A stretch of 63,846 nucleotides of DNA, the filler included, from Collodictyon triciliatum (Eukaryota), in NCBI GenBank assembly GCA_043381765.1. It is 6 parts of 6 records of this genome, joined end to end, with 100 filler letters (N's around TTAATTAATTAA, not from the genome) between each part and the next. Parts side by side here need not be neighbours in the genome. Positions count along the whole stretch, not along the records: positions 1 to 10,787 come from JBHJMP010002562.1; positions 10,888 to 21,676 come from JBHJMP010002563.1; 4 more parts are not named here. The stretch is one strand, 5' to 3'. Under the pieces are notes generated by a model, which saw only the letters and a list, made by a program, of their open reading frames with translations, was not told where the DNA came from and ran no database searches. Shown here piece after piece: positions 1 through 13,090 of the stretch. Each line of letters opens with the position of its first letter. The stretch's first letter is position 1. The translations under genes and the position numbers were made by a program.

Positions 1-95
1 AAAGAAAAGAAAAGAAAAGAAAAGAAAAGAAAAGAAAAGAAAAGAAAAGAAAAGAAAAGAAAAGAAAAGAAAAGAAAAGAAAAGAAAAGAAAAAA
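1..95. repeat. (AAAAG)n microsatellite
   Basis: Directly visible. Confidence 0.97.
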
Positions 96-220
96 GAAGA
101 ATGACCAGCGAAAGGGAAATAAAGATAACATAGCCCCTTTTCTCATTACTTTGTATGTTCTTGCGATCGAGGACTTGGCGCCAATGGCTTTACTCACCTT
201 TCAAAACAGGGACTCGCTTC

Positions 221-2725
221 ATGTTCGGGTTGATTCGCAACTTGTATGTATGGACCAAGAAGAAGCGAGAGCGCTGTATAACAATTTGTATACTCGGCCT
301 GGACAATGCAGGCAAAACGACGACTTTGCACCGCATAAAAGGAGGTATGTAATCTATGTAGTATATGTAGTCCATGCAACCCATACAGTTTTTTGTAGTC
401 GATGCGATTTTGCAATATGTTTGTAAAGTATGATGATATCTTACCATGTCAGGACATCATTTTTATATCACAAGTTCTCTTGCAGCTCTACTTATTTCAT
501 GATACGCACGTCTGTCGTCTCCACAGAAATACCAGATATGATTACTCCAACATGGGGTTTCTCAAGCGAGGAGCTGCAGCATGGCAGATACAAGCTCAAC
601 ATGTACGACTTGGGCGGAGGAAAGAACATCCGTGGTATCTGGGATAATTACTATGCCGAGGTTTGGAACAGCCAGGCTCTTTTTATCTGTCTTTGACCTT
701 GCAGCAATAACATCGAACTGTCGTAAGCACTTATCTATTGAAAAGGCTCATGGAGTGATATACGTTGTCGACTCTGCTGCCATCGATCGAATAGAAGATG
801 CTCGTGAGGTATTGATGAAGGCGATGACAGAACCAAGGCTATCTGGAAAGCCCCTGCTCATGTTTGTCTGATCGCCATCGATATATAAACTCCAACAATT
901 ATGATTTCGACGGGGGTTTTTTTTTTCTTCAATAGTCTAGCAAACAAACAAGACTTGCCGGAGGCCCTCAAAGCCGATGAAATTGCGAAAAATTTGCGTT
1001 TGGAGGAGTTATCAAGCGTGTCGTTTCAAATCATGGGGTGCTCAGCCCTAAAAGAGACAAATAACCTGCACTTGGGAGTTATCCAAGGTTTGCCTCCGTA
1101 TAATTAGATGTGCCCTTTCCCCTATTCCTCTCTTCCACTAATTCACCTTAATTTATGGGAGAAGGCAAACACGCAAACAAAGACAAAAAACAAAACAAAA
1201 CAAAAAGACATAAACTACCGTATACATGGTCAATAAAGAAGACACTTACATGAATCAGGGCTTCAATGGCTTACGTCCACTGTATCGTCCCGCTACGAGC
1301 AGCTATGCAACAGAGTTGTGCGAGAGGTTGAAGAGCAGAAGGAGCGCGAGAAGCAGCTTCAAGAGGAAAAACGTCTTCGTGTTGAGGCGATTCGAGAAGA
1401 GCGCCGCAAGAAAAGAGAAGCGGAAGAAGCTGCGGCTGCAGCTGCGGCTGCTAATCCAAATGCCGATATTTCTCCAAGTGTAGAAATGAAAGAAACAGCG
1501 GTCACGCCATCTGATACTAATCCAAACGGAGCTGCAGGAAAAGAAGAGGCTCTCCAGAGAGTGGCATCTGCACACACCAACGACGTCAATCCATCCGAAG
1601 ATATATCCCTTTCAATCAAAGATGTATGTGTCAACACTTATTGGAGAGAGAGAGAACAAACAAAAATAGAACAAGAATACTGAGGGGGAATCAAGAAGCA
1701 AAATACAATAACAAATTCGTGACGAAAAAGAATGAGAGCTTATTTACTGAATTCGCACTCACTTAAGACTCAATATATATATATATGAACAAATAAGCAA
1801 ACACAATGAACACTCGGTTGGATATTGACCTTTCCAATTACCTATGCAGAGCCACCAGAAAAAAGAAGGCGCTCTCCCGCCACTCCCGCTCGCAGCTTCC
1901 TCCCACACACTTGCCGATGAAAGCCAACGAGCAGACGATAACATAAACTCGTCTCACTTCTCGGACATCAACATCGGCCCCGTGAGGGAACTGCATCGAG
2001 CAAGAGGATTGGTGCCCCTGCACATGCCTCACCAGACCGACCAGGATGCAGCGCCCTCAGCAGATCTGAGAGCAAAGTACGTGGACATCCGACCCTTCCC
2101 TATTTCTTTGTCTCTTTGTCTCTTTGCCTCTTTGTCTGTTTGTCTGTTTGTCTGTTTGTCTGTTTGTCTGTTTGTCTGTTTGTCTGTTTGTCTGTTTGTC
2201 TATGTGTCTATGTGTCTCTTTGTCCCTTTGTCTATGTATCTATTTATCTATGTATATATGTATCTATTTGTCTCTTTGTCTCTTTGTCTCTTTGTCTCTT
2301 TGTCTCTTTGTCTCTTTGTCTCTTTGTCTCTTTGTCTCTTTGTCTCTTTGTCTCTTTGTCTCTTTGTCTCTTTGTCTATTTGTCTATTTGTCTATTTGTC
2401 TATTTGTCTATTTGTCTATTTGTCTATTTGTCTATTTGTCTATTTGTCTCTTTGTCTCTTTGTCTCTTTGACTCTTCGTCTCTTTGTCTCATTCTGCATT
2501 CCTCACATCCTTTCCTTTGTTATCACATGTCACACACAAATTCATCTGTTGCCTGCTCTTCATTTGCTTCTGCTCTGGTTGCGCCGTAATCCCTCTAAAC
2601 AAAGGTTGCCACCCATCACACTCCACAGCCACTCATCCGCGCCTCATCCAGACTTTCAACTCCCAAACACAATCACATCCCCCGGATCAAAAATGCCTCC
2701 GCTCCACCCCGAAAATGATGAATGA
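221..2725 (+). CDS. ARL13B: ADP-ribosylation factor-like GTPase 13B (ciliary), 7 exons
   Basis: Predicted exons 221-344, 527-660, 746-861, 936-1087, 1259-1623, 1850-2076, 2605-2725, all GT-AG. N-terminus MFGLIRNLYVW; P-loop GLDNAGKT; DLGGG (Gly in place of the catalytic Gln, typical of ARL13); ANKQD; coiled coil after the G domain; Pro-rich tail. Confidence 0.92.
2105..2490. repeat. Compound 8-mer intronic satellite (TTTGTCTG / TTTGTCTC / TTTGTCTA)
   Basis: Blocks of variant units inside the last ARL13B intron. Confidence 0.95.
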
Positions 2726-3029
2726 TTCATTAAATCTATATTATCGCTATATCAAAAAGAGAAAAAAGAAAAAAAAAAGGACAAGACTAAGCACAAACTT
2801 TTAAGCAGACTCATAAGTATTATAAAAAAAAATGAAAAAAATATACTAGCATTTCTCACCCCTGTATCTCGCAAACACGCTTGCTTAAACAAAAGCCTTC
2901 TCCTTGGCAACTCCACAGCTTCGTGGCGTGATTCGCCTCCGATTATGAAGCATTATTCATTGCTCTTTATCTTATTTTTGATTCTTTTTTTTTTTTTATT
3001 CCTTCTCGCTGCTCAGCTCAGTTCTCGGT

Positions 3030-3840
3030 TCAATGCATGATGGCCACGTCCAGATAATCGCCGACCTCAAACTTGAGCTGCGCAAGCGTCTTGTCTTCCT
3101 CATGCGAGCCTCGGCCTTTGCGCAGAACCGCGAGAGTCCGCAGTACAAACCGGCCGTTGCGATCGGGATACACAATGCGGAAGTGCAGCGATGTTTCGTA
3201 GCGTCGCGCTTCCGGCACAACGTCCTTGATCAAGTTTGAGAGTTCTCGCAGCGTCGCGTTTTTCCTGCAGTTTCCACAGTCAAAGGGAGGCCATGGCGCG
3301 TAAGAAACAGGGAAAGAGAAGCAGAGATAACAAGAAATGTCAAGTATCCAGTTGTGTGCGTGCAAGCATATATATCGGAATGAGTTGATGCTACCATGTA
3401 TGTATCTGGATTTCGTTGAGCGGCAGAGATTTGCTGTAGTCTGCTTCTCTGGGTTGTGGGGGTTTGTTGTGAGCATAAAGTACTAGTGAGGCTTGTGCAA
3501 CAACGAGTGAATGATATCTGACTGCCATTGGTGATAAATGAAACAACTCCCAGCCAGGTCTGTGGAATTGATACAGTGAGGCGTGAAGTTGAGGCATAAA
3601 GAAAATGAAAGGGGACAGGAGGAATACTTGTTCTCCTGGCCAACCGAGTAGAAAACTCTGATGAGGAAAGGGCACACCTATGGGAAAGAAGGGAACCTGT
3701 GGGACTTCTGGCCTTCTCACAAAGAAGTAAATGAGCTATGCGGGCCTTTGGGGAAGGTTTTGGAGGGAGAGGCGTACTTTGGCGCGATCGAGTATGCTTT
3801 GTGTCGCCTGGACAGAAGAAGGCAGGGTCTGCACAGACAT
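3030..3840 (-). CDS. SAP18: Sin3-associated polypeptide 18, 4 exons
   Basis: Spliced translation MSVQTLPSSVQATQSILDRAK|VCPFLIRVFYSVG...EIQIHTW|KNATLRELSNLIKDVVPEARR...DKTLAQLKFEVGDYLDVAI matches the SAP18 signature. Confidence 0.93.
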
Positions 3841-4960
3841 TGCTTCTGATCTGTACCTGAGCTCAGATCGTAGTCGAAATCGAAAACCGCCTGGACCAAA
3901 GAGGGCATTAACATACGATTTGGCGGGTTGGTCAGAAAGCGCAAAGAGAGTGCGGCTGGCTCTATGGCACAGAAAGAGCCTCGGGCTTGTCCCGATCAAC
4001 GTCTGAGTCTGTTCCCTTCCTTTTCCTTGCCAACTTTTTTTTTTCCAACTGCTTCATTGCTCTTGTTATCGGTGGATGCTTCCGCGAGACTGTTTCCTTT
4101 CAGGTGCCCGCCGGCTTCAACTCGGGCCTTGATCGATTTATCTTGGCTGTGTGGATTTGCTGCCCGCTCACAACCGCGTGGCGATTTAGAAGCTTGATTC
4201 GTTGCGCTGGCGAATCCAGAGAGATTACATCGAAGCATTACAAATATGGAATTTATAGAATATTTCGTTTGGACAGATGATTGTGGCGTATAATTTCTAA
4301 TTGCTTTGAAGCATTCAACACTCAAAATGGAATGAATTATGAAAGTTTAATTATATCACGTTATACACAGCACCGCCCTGTGAGAGTAAACGATGCATGA
4401 CCTGTGTGAAGGTGCGTGGGTATTTGGCTGGTGTCAGTAAGAGGCCATCGCCAAAATCGGCCGCGAACGTCTCCTTCCATCCCGCTCGGTTATCTTTAAC
4501 GGGACTGGGCGCGATATAAGCGATTGACAGGCGTGATGTGATGTCAATTTAATGCAATTCGGTTCGAAAATACACTCGAAGCAGATACGCAGGCATGTGG
4601 GGGTTTATCTCCATTTTCTTGTGAGTTCTCCGGTGTGAGAATCCAGGGAGACGCTTTTTGTTTGGCTGTAAAAAGTAGGACAGAATGTAATTATGTATTA
4701 TTAGAACTATCAAAATTTTCTCAGATACCCAAATCTTGACGAGCAACTACATCGTATATTATGTGTTCTATTAAAATTTTAATCATTGATAGTAAGATAT
4801 GAGTATACAAGAAATAATGATGCGAGGTACTCGTATTCGCTAAGAAGATAAATTATTGACAAAAATTATAATGATATGCCAATACAAGGAAGGAAAGGAA
4901 ACGCGATGTTCGAAATGAATAGAAAGGATATGACATGATATGATATTATGATGGTCATTA

Positions 4961-5940
4961 TTACATGGACGATTTTCCTGCAGGGGCTTTAGGGCCAGTG
5001 GCAGCCAAAACATGGACGTTCGCTTGAGCTTTGGTAAGTAGGTTGCTAGTATATATTTCAAAAATTGGAGAGGATTTAAATGGTAGCTCAAAAAAACCAA
5101 TTTCATAATAGGTCAATTATTTAAATGATGCTTATATTTCACCATTTTATATTGCGGAAAAACCAATGGGATTTTTCTCACTATAGTAATTTACCTGATG
5201 TAGTCGCGCAAAAGCTCGTTATCATTCTTGAGTCTCTTGTTCTCTTCCTCTACATTTCCAAGTTTTTGACAGATGTCTAGGAGAGGATATTTATTTCTTT
5301 ATGACATTTTTGATTTCGTTTGTAAAAAAAAAAAAAAATGAATCAACTAAATGTGTGCCAAAATATGTAGGATATCAATTAAAAAATTGCTCTGTATTTC
5401 TTTTACGTGTCACTAAATATAATATTAAAGCTGATGCCAAACTGTTTGCTTCTATTATAAGAATAAAATAGTAATTTCTATCATATCAAGAGGATTTTGC
5501 TAATTACTTTACCAAAGGCAGGGCAAAGAGCAGTATGATTAAAGCGAAATCAAAAAATGAAACGAAAAAAAAACCACCAATATAAAAAACAATAGCAATA
5601 ATAAAGGGTAAAGGATTTATACAAGAATAGACAGAAATGAATTTTTTTTTTAAAAAAAAAGTTACCTGTATTATTCAGATTAAAAGCTAAAAAAAAAGAA
5701 AAAAAAGAAAGAAAGAAAGAAAAGACTAAACTTTATCTTGTAACAAAAGAATGGAAGGTACCTCTGAGAGCGTCCTTGTGCTGCGCAATTTTTTTTAAAA
5801 GAGCCTGACGGTTTCTAAACTCTTCCATCCGTCTCTTCTGAGATTCCTACGACAAGGAGAACGACTGCGGTACTTTCAAAACTATCGAAACGTCTAATAC
5901 CTGGTGCTGTAGGAATGCTCTGTGCACCGTGCTATGTCTG
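4961..5940 (-). CDS. Short coiled-coil protein (SCOC/Slo1-like); 5' end uncertain
   Basis: Not in the ORF track. Exons at about 5762-5846, 5195-5276 and 4961-5045 give RQALLKKIAQHKDALR|DICQKLGNVEEENKRLKNDNELLRDYI|SNLLTKAQ..., resembling SCOC (...VKEENLKLKSENQVLGQYIENLM). Confidence 0.7.
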
Positions 5941-8259
5941 TAAGGAGCTCTAGAGGGCGCAAGACTATAGCCAAAAGTTTGAGTTTACCGACGCAGTTGA
6001 TCTTCGTTTTCTCTTAAATAGACCAGTATGATCCTGCGCAAGGATGGAAAGAACACAACCAGGGCTATCCTTCGACAGCACTGCTGACTCGCCCACTCTC
6101 GCGTTTGACTTATTTATTTATTTCTTATTATAATTATTATTATTCAGCAGTTTGTTGAGAACAAGGAAAGCCAAGGATTTCGCTTTTGCTTATGAAAAAA
6201 TAAGACGAAGTGAGTGCAGCGCCAGAGTAAAGTTGAAAATTGGCGAAAATATCTTCATTTTGAGGCCTTGTGTGAGGAAAGAGTTGTTGCGCAAGCACAC
6301 CGGGTCGCGAACAAATACAAGGTTGCTTGAACTAAAAAAAGAGAAAAGAGAAAAGAGAAAAGAGAAAAGAGAAAAGAGAAAAGAGAAAANNNNNNNNNNN
6401 NNNNNNNNNNNNNNNNNNNNNNNNNNNNNNNNNNNNNNNNNNNNNNNNNNNNNNNNNNNNNNNNNNNNNNNNNNNNNNNNNNNNNNNNNNNNNNNNNNNN
6501 NNNNNNNNNNNNNNNNNNNNNNNNNNNNNNNNNNNNNNNNNNNNNNNNNNNNNNNNNNNNNNNNNNNNNNNNNNNNNNNNNNNNNNNNNNNNNNNNNNNN
6601 NNNNNNNNNNNNNNNNNNNNNNNNNNNNNNNNNNNNNNNNNNNNNNNNNNNNNNNNNNNNNNNNNNNNNNNNNNNNNNNNNNNNNNNNNNNNNNNNNNNN
6701 NNNNNNNNNNNNNNNNNNNNNNNNNNNNNNNNNNNNNNNNNNNNNNNNNNNNNNNNNNNNNNNNNNNNNNNNNNNNNNNNNNNNNNNNNNNNNNNNNNNN
6801 NNNNNNNNNNNNNNNNNNNNNNNNNNNNNNNNNNNNNNNNNNNNNNNNNNNNNNNNNNNNNNNNNNNNNNNNNNNNNNNNNNNNNNNNNNNNNNNNNNNN
6901 NNNNNNNNNNNNNNNNNNNNNNNNNNNNNNNNNNNNNNNNNNNNNNNNNNNNNNNNNNNNNNNNNNNNNNNNNNNNNNNNNNNNNNNNNNNNNNNNNNNN
7001 NNNNNNNNNNNNNNNNNNNNNNNNNNNNNNNNNNNNNNNNNNNNNNNNNNNNNNNNNNNNNNNNNNNNNNNNNNNNNNNNNNNNNNNNNNNNNNNNNTCA
7101 GTTGGTTCCACACAGACCGCAGCGAGATTATGAACATCTTCCTCGAAATCTTTCCACCTGATGCCACAAACCGAAGCCCACGACTTGAGCGATGCACTTC
7201 CAACGGGACTGCGCATGAGATACTTGGAAACCAACAGAGGAATTTTCTTCGGGCAAATGCACCGATGGGGTTATGAGAAGGAAAAAAAAAGCTTTCACAG
7301 AGATGCAACCAACGCCGATGATGATATCTTACTTTTTCCTACCCACCGCACACCCTTGGCCATAAGCAGCCGTCCCCGTGACCAAAAGAACAGGCTAATT
7401 ATGCCCGATGAGTTCATTCACACCACGAATCAGGAGCCGGGCAGCGCGTTTGAATAGACCCGATTCTGGAAGACATCCGGCACAAGCACACTTTTGCTTC
7501 CTATAAATTCCAGATTAGTGTCTCAATGAAGGGCTTTGTTTTTTGTTTTTTTTAAAAAAAAAGCTGATTCATTTCGTGGCAGAGTGGCCATCTGTGCCGC
7601 TGCGCAAAACGAGCCCCACCGCAACTTCCTCGTCGGGAATCGGCGGCCTCTTGGGCGGTTACTCCCACCATACTCCCCAAANNNNNNNNNNNNNNNNNNN
7701 NNNNNNNNNNNNNNNNNNNNNNNNNNNNNNNNNNNNNNNNNNNNNNNNNNNNNNNNNNNNNNNNNNNNNNNNNNNNNNNNNNNNNNNNNNNNNNNNNNNN
7801 NNNNNNNNNNNNNNNNNNNNNNNNNNNNNNNNNNNNNNNNNNNNNNNNNNNNNNNNNNNNNNNNNNNNNNNNNNNNNNNNNNNNNNNNNNNNNNNNNNNN
7901 NNNNNNNNNNNNNNNNNNNNNNNNNNNNNNNNNNNNNNNNNNNNNNNNNNNNNNNNNNNNNNNNNNNNNNNNNNNNNNNNNNNNNNNNNNNNNNNNNNNN
8001 NNNNNNNNNNNNNNNNNNNNNNNNNNNNNNNNNNNNNNNNNNNNNNNNNNNNNNNNNNNNNNNNNNNNNNNNNNNNNNNNNNNNNNNATAATAACAATAA
8101 TAATAATAATTGACCAACCAACATCTCCAACATCCTGCACAATATTGAAAGGAAGAACAAAAAATAAAAATATACCAGGCTGGCGAAAATATTCGACCTT
8201 CCAAGCCAATCAATTCCATAGAAGCATGAGAAACGTCAAAGAATAATTTTTACGACATA

Positions 8260-8333
8260 AAAACCATAGAAAAAAACCATAGAAAAAAACCATAGAAAAA
8301 AACCATAGAAAAAAACCATAGAAAAAAACCATA
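8260..8333. repeat. (AAAAAAACCATAG)n minisatellite
   Basis: About five tandem units. Confidence 0.9.
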
Positions 8334-8631
8334 AGAAACACTATTGTAAGGTCTCTGTGACGTATCAGATTCCTCATATATTCCATTCATAGCATAACAT
8401 CATATCAATATAGTGATACAGTCTCCTTAAGAAAATAAATAGTAATATTTTACGATAGTTTTTAAACGAAGTTTAGGGGCGGATACATGATATAATAAAC
8501 TTAATTATTCGATTACCACAATGTGGTTCAATCCTCCTATTCACTTCATGATTCAACGACACGCTGAAGAGTTCATGGCCTTGAATTTTTTTTTGCACTA
8601 TTAGATATCTACCGAGTTTGCCTTTTTTCAA

Positions 8632-9930
8632 ATGGAAAATCCAACCGCGAAATTTATTCGGTCATACCTGCTGCTGTTTATCATCGCCCAATCATCCGTT
8701 TTGTGTATGAGTCAAAGCCCCGCTTCATCATGCGATTTAATGCCCCTAAAATACCGAAACTCTTCTGGAGTTTTACATTTCAGTGATTTCGGCCGCTCCG
8801 TTGCCGTTAACCCCTCAAACGATGTATTGATGATCAGTGCCACTTGTTCCCAAGGTGAAGAAATGGCTTTTGTAGGATGTGTGTACTGTTTTACCAGATA
8901 TAGAGTTATTTGGGAAGAGAAAAGCATAATTAAACCACCGTTACTTAGAGACCTGTACAATTTTGGGGTTTCTATCACAATGTCGAACACATCAGTCGCC
9001 GTTGGTGGTATGGAGAACGATAATAATCGTTGGATTGTAACCATACTCGCAATAAATGACTCAGAATGGCATGAGCAAGACATCCTATACGGCCCTATAG
9101 ATGGCGGAGTCATCCACACCACATCCATTCTGGACGATAACTTAAGTGTGGGAACGCCACAACATTCGAATGGAGAAGGTCGCATTGATTTATATAGGCG
9201 AGAAAACAATAGATGGCTGCGTAAATGGCAGATGTCCGTAGGAGTGCGTTGCAGTCTTGGCACTTCATTAAATTTTGGCATATCGTACTTATTGATAGGA
9301 GCGCCTCAGTTTGAAAAAGGAAAAGGCAGCGTATATATAGTTAGATGGTCCAATGATTTTGAGCAATATGAGAGCAAGTCATTACTTCCAGAGATTTTAG
9401 AAGAGGGCGACGAATTCGGTTCTTTTGTTAGCTTTGGACCGCCTTCATGGATTGCCGTTGGTGGTTTCAAGCATTATTACTTATGGATCTTCAAATCTGT
9501 CCAGGGCAATTGGGTACTGAGTTCAAAGATTCATACAGGTGAATTCGAGAAACCAAGTATTTCAAACTCTCCAAACGGCCGCTCTATCATCATTCAGAGT
9601 CACGAAGAAGCTAAGCTACGAGTTTATATTTTTGATGAAGCAGGGCTATCTTTACACAGTGACTGTAATATGAAGAAACATATGCAGGGAGACACTCTCC
9701 ATAAAGGAAATTTGAAAGGTATTATTCGACACATAGCTGTAGTAAACAAACGTATCAACGAAATCAGAGACGAACTAACGGAGATCGTAATCAGTAGCGT
9801 GATAGTAACAGGTAAAATTTGAAACATAAATAAGAAGTTTCATTCGTTTTTTTTTTTTAAAAAAAAAGTCGTCCTTTATCTCGCTGGCTTATTTCGGTCG
9901 AAATTGCATCATGCTTTCAACCTAGAGATC
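8632..9930 (+). CDS. Type I membrane protein with FG-GAP (integrin-alpha-like beta-propeller) repeats; 3' end uncertain
   Basis: Signal peptide; repeats DFGRSVAV, NFGVSITM, VGTPQHSNGEGRIDLY, LLIGAPQFEKGKGSVYIV, EFGSFVSF. A 57-nt GT-AG intron (9812-9868) completes a TM helix IVISSVIVT|VVLYLAGLF followed by RSK. Confidence 0.75.
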
Positions 9931-10687
9931 GGCACTCTTACATATGTTACCTTTGCACAACACATAACTATAATTTATAATCACACAATTTTACTACCCG
10001 CTTTCTAACCCCGTATTCTAACCAAACTTGCTTGTTTAAAATATCAATGAAATATCTTGAGTCTTGGAATCAACCAAATCAACCTGTAATTCCACTTATG
10101 CTACTTATACAGGGGAGAGAGACTTTCTGATAGATTCCAAAATCGTAGACCAACACAATGCACCGAGAAAATCGTTTGAAGATAATAGAAATCAAAATAA
10201 TAATAATATATTCATTGAAAAGTCTCATCTCAAAACAATGCAAGCTAGTCAAACCAGCACCTCAAACAACTTAAATCGTTACGAGTGGAGGCGCCCCAGC
10301 TCAAATTTTGAAGGTCATTCCCATTTCAACAATACCTTCAATAAAAAAAAAAAAAGATAAATCGCCTCGTCCCCATACACGAGCATACACCATTACGATG
10401 TTGCGATATTTTAAGCTTTTTTAATTCAAATATTCAACACTACTTCCATAATTATAAAAAAGTGACTAATATGTAATCATAGATCGACCACAGGCGAGAC
10501 AGGAAAAAATATCAGAGTCTATCACAAATTCACAGTTTGAGTTTGAAGGCTTTCAGGCAACATTACCTTACACAAATTCTCATGAGCAAACGGAATCTGC
10601 GAGCTCCTCAGTAAAACAGACAACAGCCCATTCACTTTCGAGGAGTAAAAAAAATAATCAAGAGACTTTAACTAAATCAAGCTCCTT

Positions 10688-10787
10688 ATCCCAATCCCAA
10701 TCCCAATCCCAATCCCAATCCCAATCCCAATCCCAATCCCAATCCCAATCCCAATCCCAATCCCAATCCCAATCCCAATCCCAATCC
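10688..10787. repeat. (CCCAAT)n array at scaffold end
   Basis: Directly visible. Confidence 0.95.
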
Positions 10788-10887
10788 NNNNNNNNNNNNN
10801 NNNNNNNNNNNNNNNNNNNNNNNNNNNNNNNTTAATTAATTAANNNNNNNNNNNNNNNNNNNNNNNNNNNNNNNNNNNNNNNNNNNN
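10788..10887. other. Artificial scaffold spacer
   Basis: 44 N + TTAATTAATTAA (stops in all six frames) + 44 N. Confidence 0.97.
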
Positions 10888-11148
10888 ACAAAAACAAAAA
10901 CAAAAACAAAAACAAAAACAAAAACAAAAACAAAAACAAAAACAAAAACAAAAACAAAAACAAAAACAAAAAACAAAAACAAAAACAAAAACAAAAACGA
11001 TGGAAAACAAACAGAAAATCCTTGTTGATAGGCAGACCGGATTCATACCAAAACAAACTAAATCACACCTCGAGCTTCACGAGGCCGCCGATCTCTTTCA
11101 CCTGCCCCTGTGATCATATGTCATCTCCGCTCTGCTCCGCTGCCGCTA

Positions 11149-12747
11149 ATGGTGACGAAAAAGTGGGTTTCCAAACTTGACCAGTCTCCTAGTTTTTACT
11201 ATTTCCCCTCCTTACTCTGATCTTTACTCGATGTTAATTATATGCGTTCTAGAGACAATATTTTTATTTATTTATTTATATTACAAGCCATACCCACTCA
11301 CGAAATATATATATTTTATCAATAATTGTCACACTCGTTTCAACTCACCTATCCTCATCACCACATGTTTTTTTTCTTTCCAAAATCCACTAAACATTCT
11401 CGAGTGCTGTGACTTTCTATGCATAAAAAAACATATTCCTATGATGACTGTCTGACTTGCGTGTCCCATCATCGCCTTTTCAATCGCCCTCATGGTGGAT
11501 GTCTCAATTGAGTGATTACTTTATGTAGACAGTTGAGCGGCTCTTGCAAGACCCATCCATTAATGTTAACCAAACCTCTGATGATGGAAGCTCAGCTCTT
11601 TTTGTGGCCTCCTTTTGGGGTTATGCTTCGATTGTAAAAAAGTTGATAGATCGAGGTTTTTTTTTTTTTGACTTTTATCATGCTACAATTTATTTTGTTA
11701 CACTTTTAGAATGAGACCATATCTATGTGATGAAGGATTATTCCCAGCGCAATTGATCTTGTTTAAACTTTCGAAAACCTACCGAAACACATACAAAAAA
11801 CAACCATACTCTTTTCCTCTATTCCCTCCTCTATTACCAACTCCATCTATCCACATCGCCTCATTGCTGGTCTATCATTTACAGCCATTTGGCATATATT
11901 GCTAATTCTTAGGGGCTGATGTAAACTTCCGCAACAAAGCCAACCTCTGGACTCCCCTTCACGCCGCAGCATTCCAGGAACACGGTCCAGTAATTCTGAA
12001 GCTAATCAGCGCCAAAGGGATTGACTTGGCGGCTGTGGATGCGATGGGTCGAACGGCCGTGGACTTTGCGTCTGTTTCAGAGGCGATATGGCCTCTTTTT
12101 GGGGGTATGTGTTTTTCTCATCAAAAGAAAATCTTTTCTCTCTTCAGTGAAATGGACATTGCCGCAAAATGATAAAAACATATTTGACATGGAACTTATT
12201 CTAGCACAAGGCTGCAAGAGGAGTAGCAAGGAGGATTTGATCGCCAAAGGAGTAATCAGAAAAATAGAGACAGATACAAACCCCGGCGCTCCAGGCAAAC
12301 AAAGTTCTGCTCCACCCGCAGCGACTGGGCGAATGGCAGCGCTTTCCCGTCCTGGTTCTGCATATGTCGTTCAAATCAACCCCAACCAACGCCCATCGTC
12401 CGCGACTCGGTTTGAATATATATAAAAAAAATAAATCATTTACACCCAATCACCCTTAGATATGACCATTCTTTAAAGCACTTTTTTTTTAAAAATGTTC
12501 GTTGGGGGAAAAAAAAAAAAAGGAGCAACACTTCAATTCTTATTTAAAATAAAAAACCAAACCCAGGCGAACGCTGATGAGTGCAAGCGGCCGAAAAACA
12601 GACGGAGGAGACCCGAACGCCGCAGGGGTTGATGTATTGAGCGCCGTTGGGACATCTGTTGATGGGAAAGCCAAACCGCCATCATCAAACACAGGAGCTG
12701 GCTCCGGCTCCGGCTCAAACCCTTCGTTCTCGGTGTGGCGGTCGTAA
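11149..12747 (+). CDS. Ankyrin-repeat protein, multi-exon
   Basis: Exons encode GSSALFVASFWGYASIVKKLIDRG|ADVNFRNKANLWTPLHAAAFQEHGPVILKL...GRTAVDFAS; ends PSFSVWRS*. The first exon junction is uncertain. Confidence 0.8.
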
Positions 12748-13090
12748 TATGCTTGGGTGTGTTGGGCGCAATATCTTGACAATAAAGTTATCATCTGTGA
12801 ATGATGCAGTTTCTTTTCCGAGCTAATACCCGATAAAACAGCCGAAAAAAAAAACAAGAAAAAAACAAGAAAAAAACAAGAAAAAAACAAGAAAAAAACA
12901 AGAAAAAAACAAGAAAAAAACAAGAAAAAAACAAGAAAAAAACAAGAAAATTAAAAAATCAACCGAAGAGTTTCTCTGCTTCCCCTCCCTACAACATAAA
13001 GGAACCCATCATAGTTTGAGTTTACAAACGAGTTTGAAAGCTGCAGGACTCTTTTGCTGACAAAAACTGCCCCGTAAGGCAGAGTGATCC

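Noticed and set aside
1844-2725. Long low-complexity ORFs (LSVCLFVC, poly-ER, poly-KM, poly-I/Y and similar, here and elsewhere)
   Set aside because: They are translations of intronic or intergenic microsatellites or of N gaps.
4370-4545. GC-richer island as a structured ncRNA
   Set aside because: No snRNA, RNase P/MRP or snoRNA box motifs that I could identify.
7098-7681. Coding exons between the two N gaps
   Set aside because: There are short open frames but no recognisable motif or consistent splice pattern.
8260-8333. Tandem repeats as a CRISPR array
   Set aside because: The units are directly adjacent with no unique spacers, and the context is eukaryotic.
10688-10787. (CCCAAT)n as a telomere
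   Set aside because: The C-rich strand points toward the scaffold end, the wrong polarity for a telomere, and most scaffold ends here terminate in some simple repeat.
10832-10843. Recurrent palindrome TTAATTAATTAA as a biological motif
   Set aside because: It is always centred in exactly 44+44 Ns, so it is an artificial six-frame stop linker.
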